Shown: in pieces, positions 62,881 through 64,000 of the stretch
Numbering within the stretch: the stretch's first letter is position 1
Layout: each line of letters begins with the position of its first letter
Assembly (NCBI GenBank): GCA_002104905.1
Contig: MCFE01000244.1
Span: 52,637 to 116,636 of the forward strand
DNA length: 64,000 nucleotides
Direction: 5' to 3'
DNA from: Basidiobolus meristosporus CBS 931.73
Taxonomy: Eukaryota; Fungi; Basidiobolomycota
Notes under the pieces: model-generated
Told to the model about the DNA's origin: nothing
Database searches by the model: none
Seen by the model: the letters and a program-made list of their open reading frames with translations, nothing else
Program-made: the position numbers and the translations under genes

Positions 62881-63240
62881 ATGCGACGTAATTTCCGAAT
62901 TTTATCCACGCATTTTATCCACGCATTTTAGCCACGCATTTTATCCACGCATTTTAGCCACCTTAGTATTCCTATTCGGTGTATCCTATGCATTGCCCAT
63001 TGCTACGTACGACAACCAATAAGTAGACCAGGGTGTCCAAGTGGACTATGAGACTGAACCATCGATGCCATATGCGCCGACAGGTTACCAGCTGGAGTCC
63101 CCGATCACCTATCCCTAGTTGGACAATGTTGAAACTAATTCCGTACAGAATGCTCGGGCACTTTCCAACCATCTACGTCGACATATGTGCAATCATTTAC
63201 CCCAGACGAGGATGAAAACCAAGACTTGGGTAACCACGAT
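62881..63240 (+). pseudogene. Family 1 copy inactivated by a 13-bp repeat expansion in the signal peptide and two nonsense codons
   Basis: ATG 62881 MRRNFRI, (TTTTA[T/G]CCACGCA)x4 insertion, then LATLVFLFGVSYALPIATYDNQ*VDQGVQVDYETEPSMPY...YP*LDNVETNSVQNARALSN. Confidence 0.75.
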
Positions 63241-63851
63241 GATCAGCCATCGTGTAGACGTAGATACAGAGACTGCTATTGATGAGAACAGGTTGTTGGT
63301 ATTTCTACATTTTATTACTTACATGTAATCGATGTCACATCAGTTTCCCTATTTATGTAGACTATCAAGTACACACAATTATTGTGTAAATAAGCTGTCA
63401 AATATGAACACTGGAAAAAAAGACACATAAGAGATGTGCCCACAGGGATGGGTGGAACAATGGCGAGTATCAACAGAGATCGAAGTAAGGGAAAGAGTCG
63501 CTTAAGCGCTAATTTGCATAATTATCACACGAATCGCTCGTCTGTGACGCATATTTTATGTGCGCTCAGGACACTCTAGGATGCCCAATCTCCAAATTGA
63601 ATAAGCCCGGGTTGAGCTTATTAAATAAGCCACCCAATACCTCCAAGCAGTACTTCAATACGTGCACAGCCAAGTCTTATCAGTTTCTTACCCTTCCCCT
63701 GAATTGGTAGCTGGATTTCGGGTCATCGGAAGGAAGTATGGAAATTGGCGTGGTGTTGAGTTTGTCAAACGCTCTTGTTCCCATGCCGGTAATGGCTATA
63801 TTTCTGCTATCATATATGAGGCGAAAAATAATGAAACTTTATTGGATTTGG

Positions 63852-64000
63852 ACTTAAGTGCAGTCGTTGGTTCATTGAGTGTCTTCCATGGGCTCCGTAT
63901 ACTGTGAATCCTGATTAGCACAGTTATCGTCACATTGAGCATCCTCCATGGGCTCAGAGTACTGTGTATCTTGATCAGAGCATCCTTCGATGCATTGGGT
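63852..64000 (-). pseudogene. Second family 2 copy (5' part outside the window), with an in-frame TGA at a conserved Cys
   Basis: TQCIEGCSDQDTQYSEPMEDAQCDDNCANQDSQYTEPMEDTQ*TNDCT*. Confidence 0.55.

Overview
This is a eukaryotic fungal window. Short GT-AG introns and the gene repertoire suggest an early-diverging, non-Dikarya fungus (inference). The left 21 kb is an ordinary gene-dense region: O-methyltransferase (runs off the left edge), ERD1/EXS protein, a 7TM GPCR-like protein, class IV chitin synthase, DH-PH RhoGEF, secreted class 3 lipase and a GILT-like thiol reductase. 21.1-46.2 kb is one 4-exon, ~8,300-aa, six-module NRPS: partial C-A-T-E-C-A-T-E-C-A-T-C-A-T-C-A-T-E-C-A-T-E-TE. It is built from near-identical blocks, and mainly the substrate-binding subdomain of the A domains varies. 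A 5'-truncated CDF transporter gene follows. From ~47.8 kb the DNA is CpG-poor, gene-poor and subtelomere-like. It holds a foldback repeat and a head-to-tail stack of three different LINE families, all on the minus strand and all ending in AATAAA plus telomeric CCCTAA repeats. TTAGGG motifs sit at the junctions within the family A/B stack. One element (ORF1 + APE-RT ORF2) looks intact. To its right are a 146-bp tandem array, a relic of a second NRPS lineage, and two small families of acidic, probably secreted proteins that are mostly decayed. The strongest candidate for an undescribed system is the telomere-repeat-tailed LINE array. Nothing was computed or searched beyond the supplied ORF track; alignments and identities were judged by eye.
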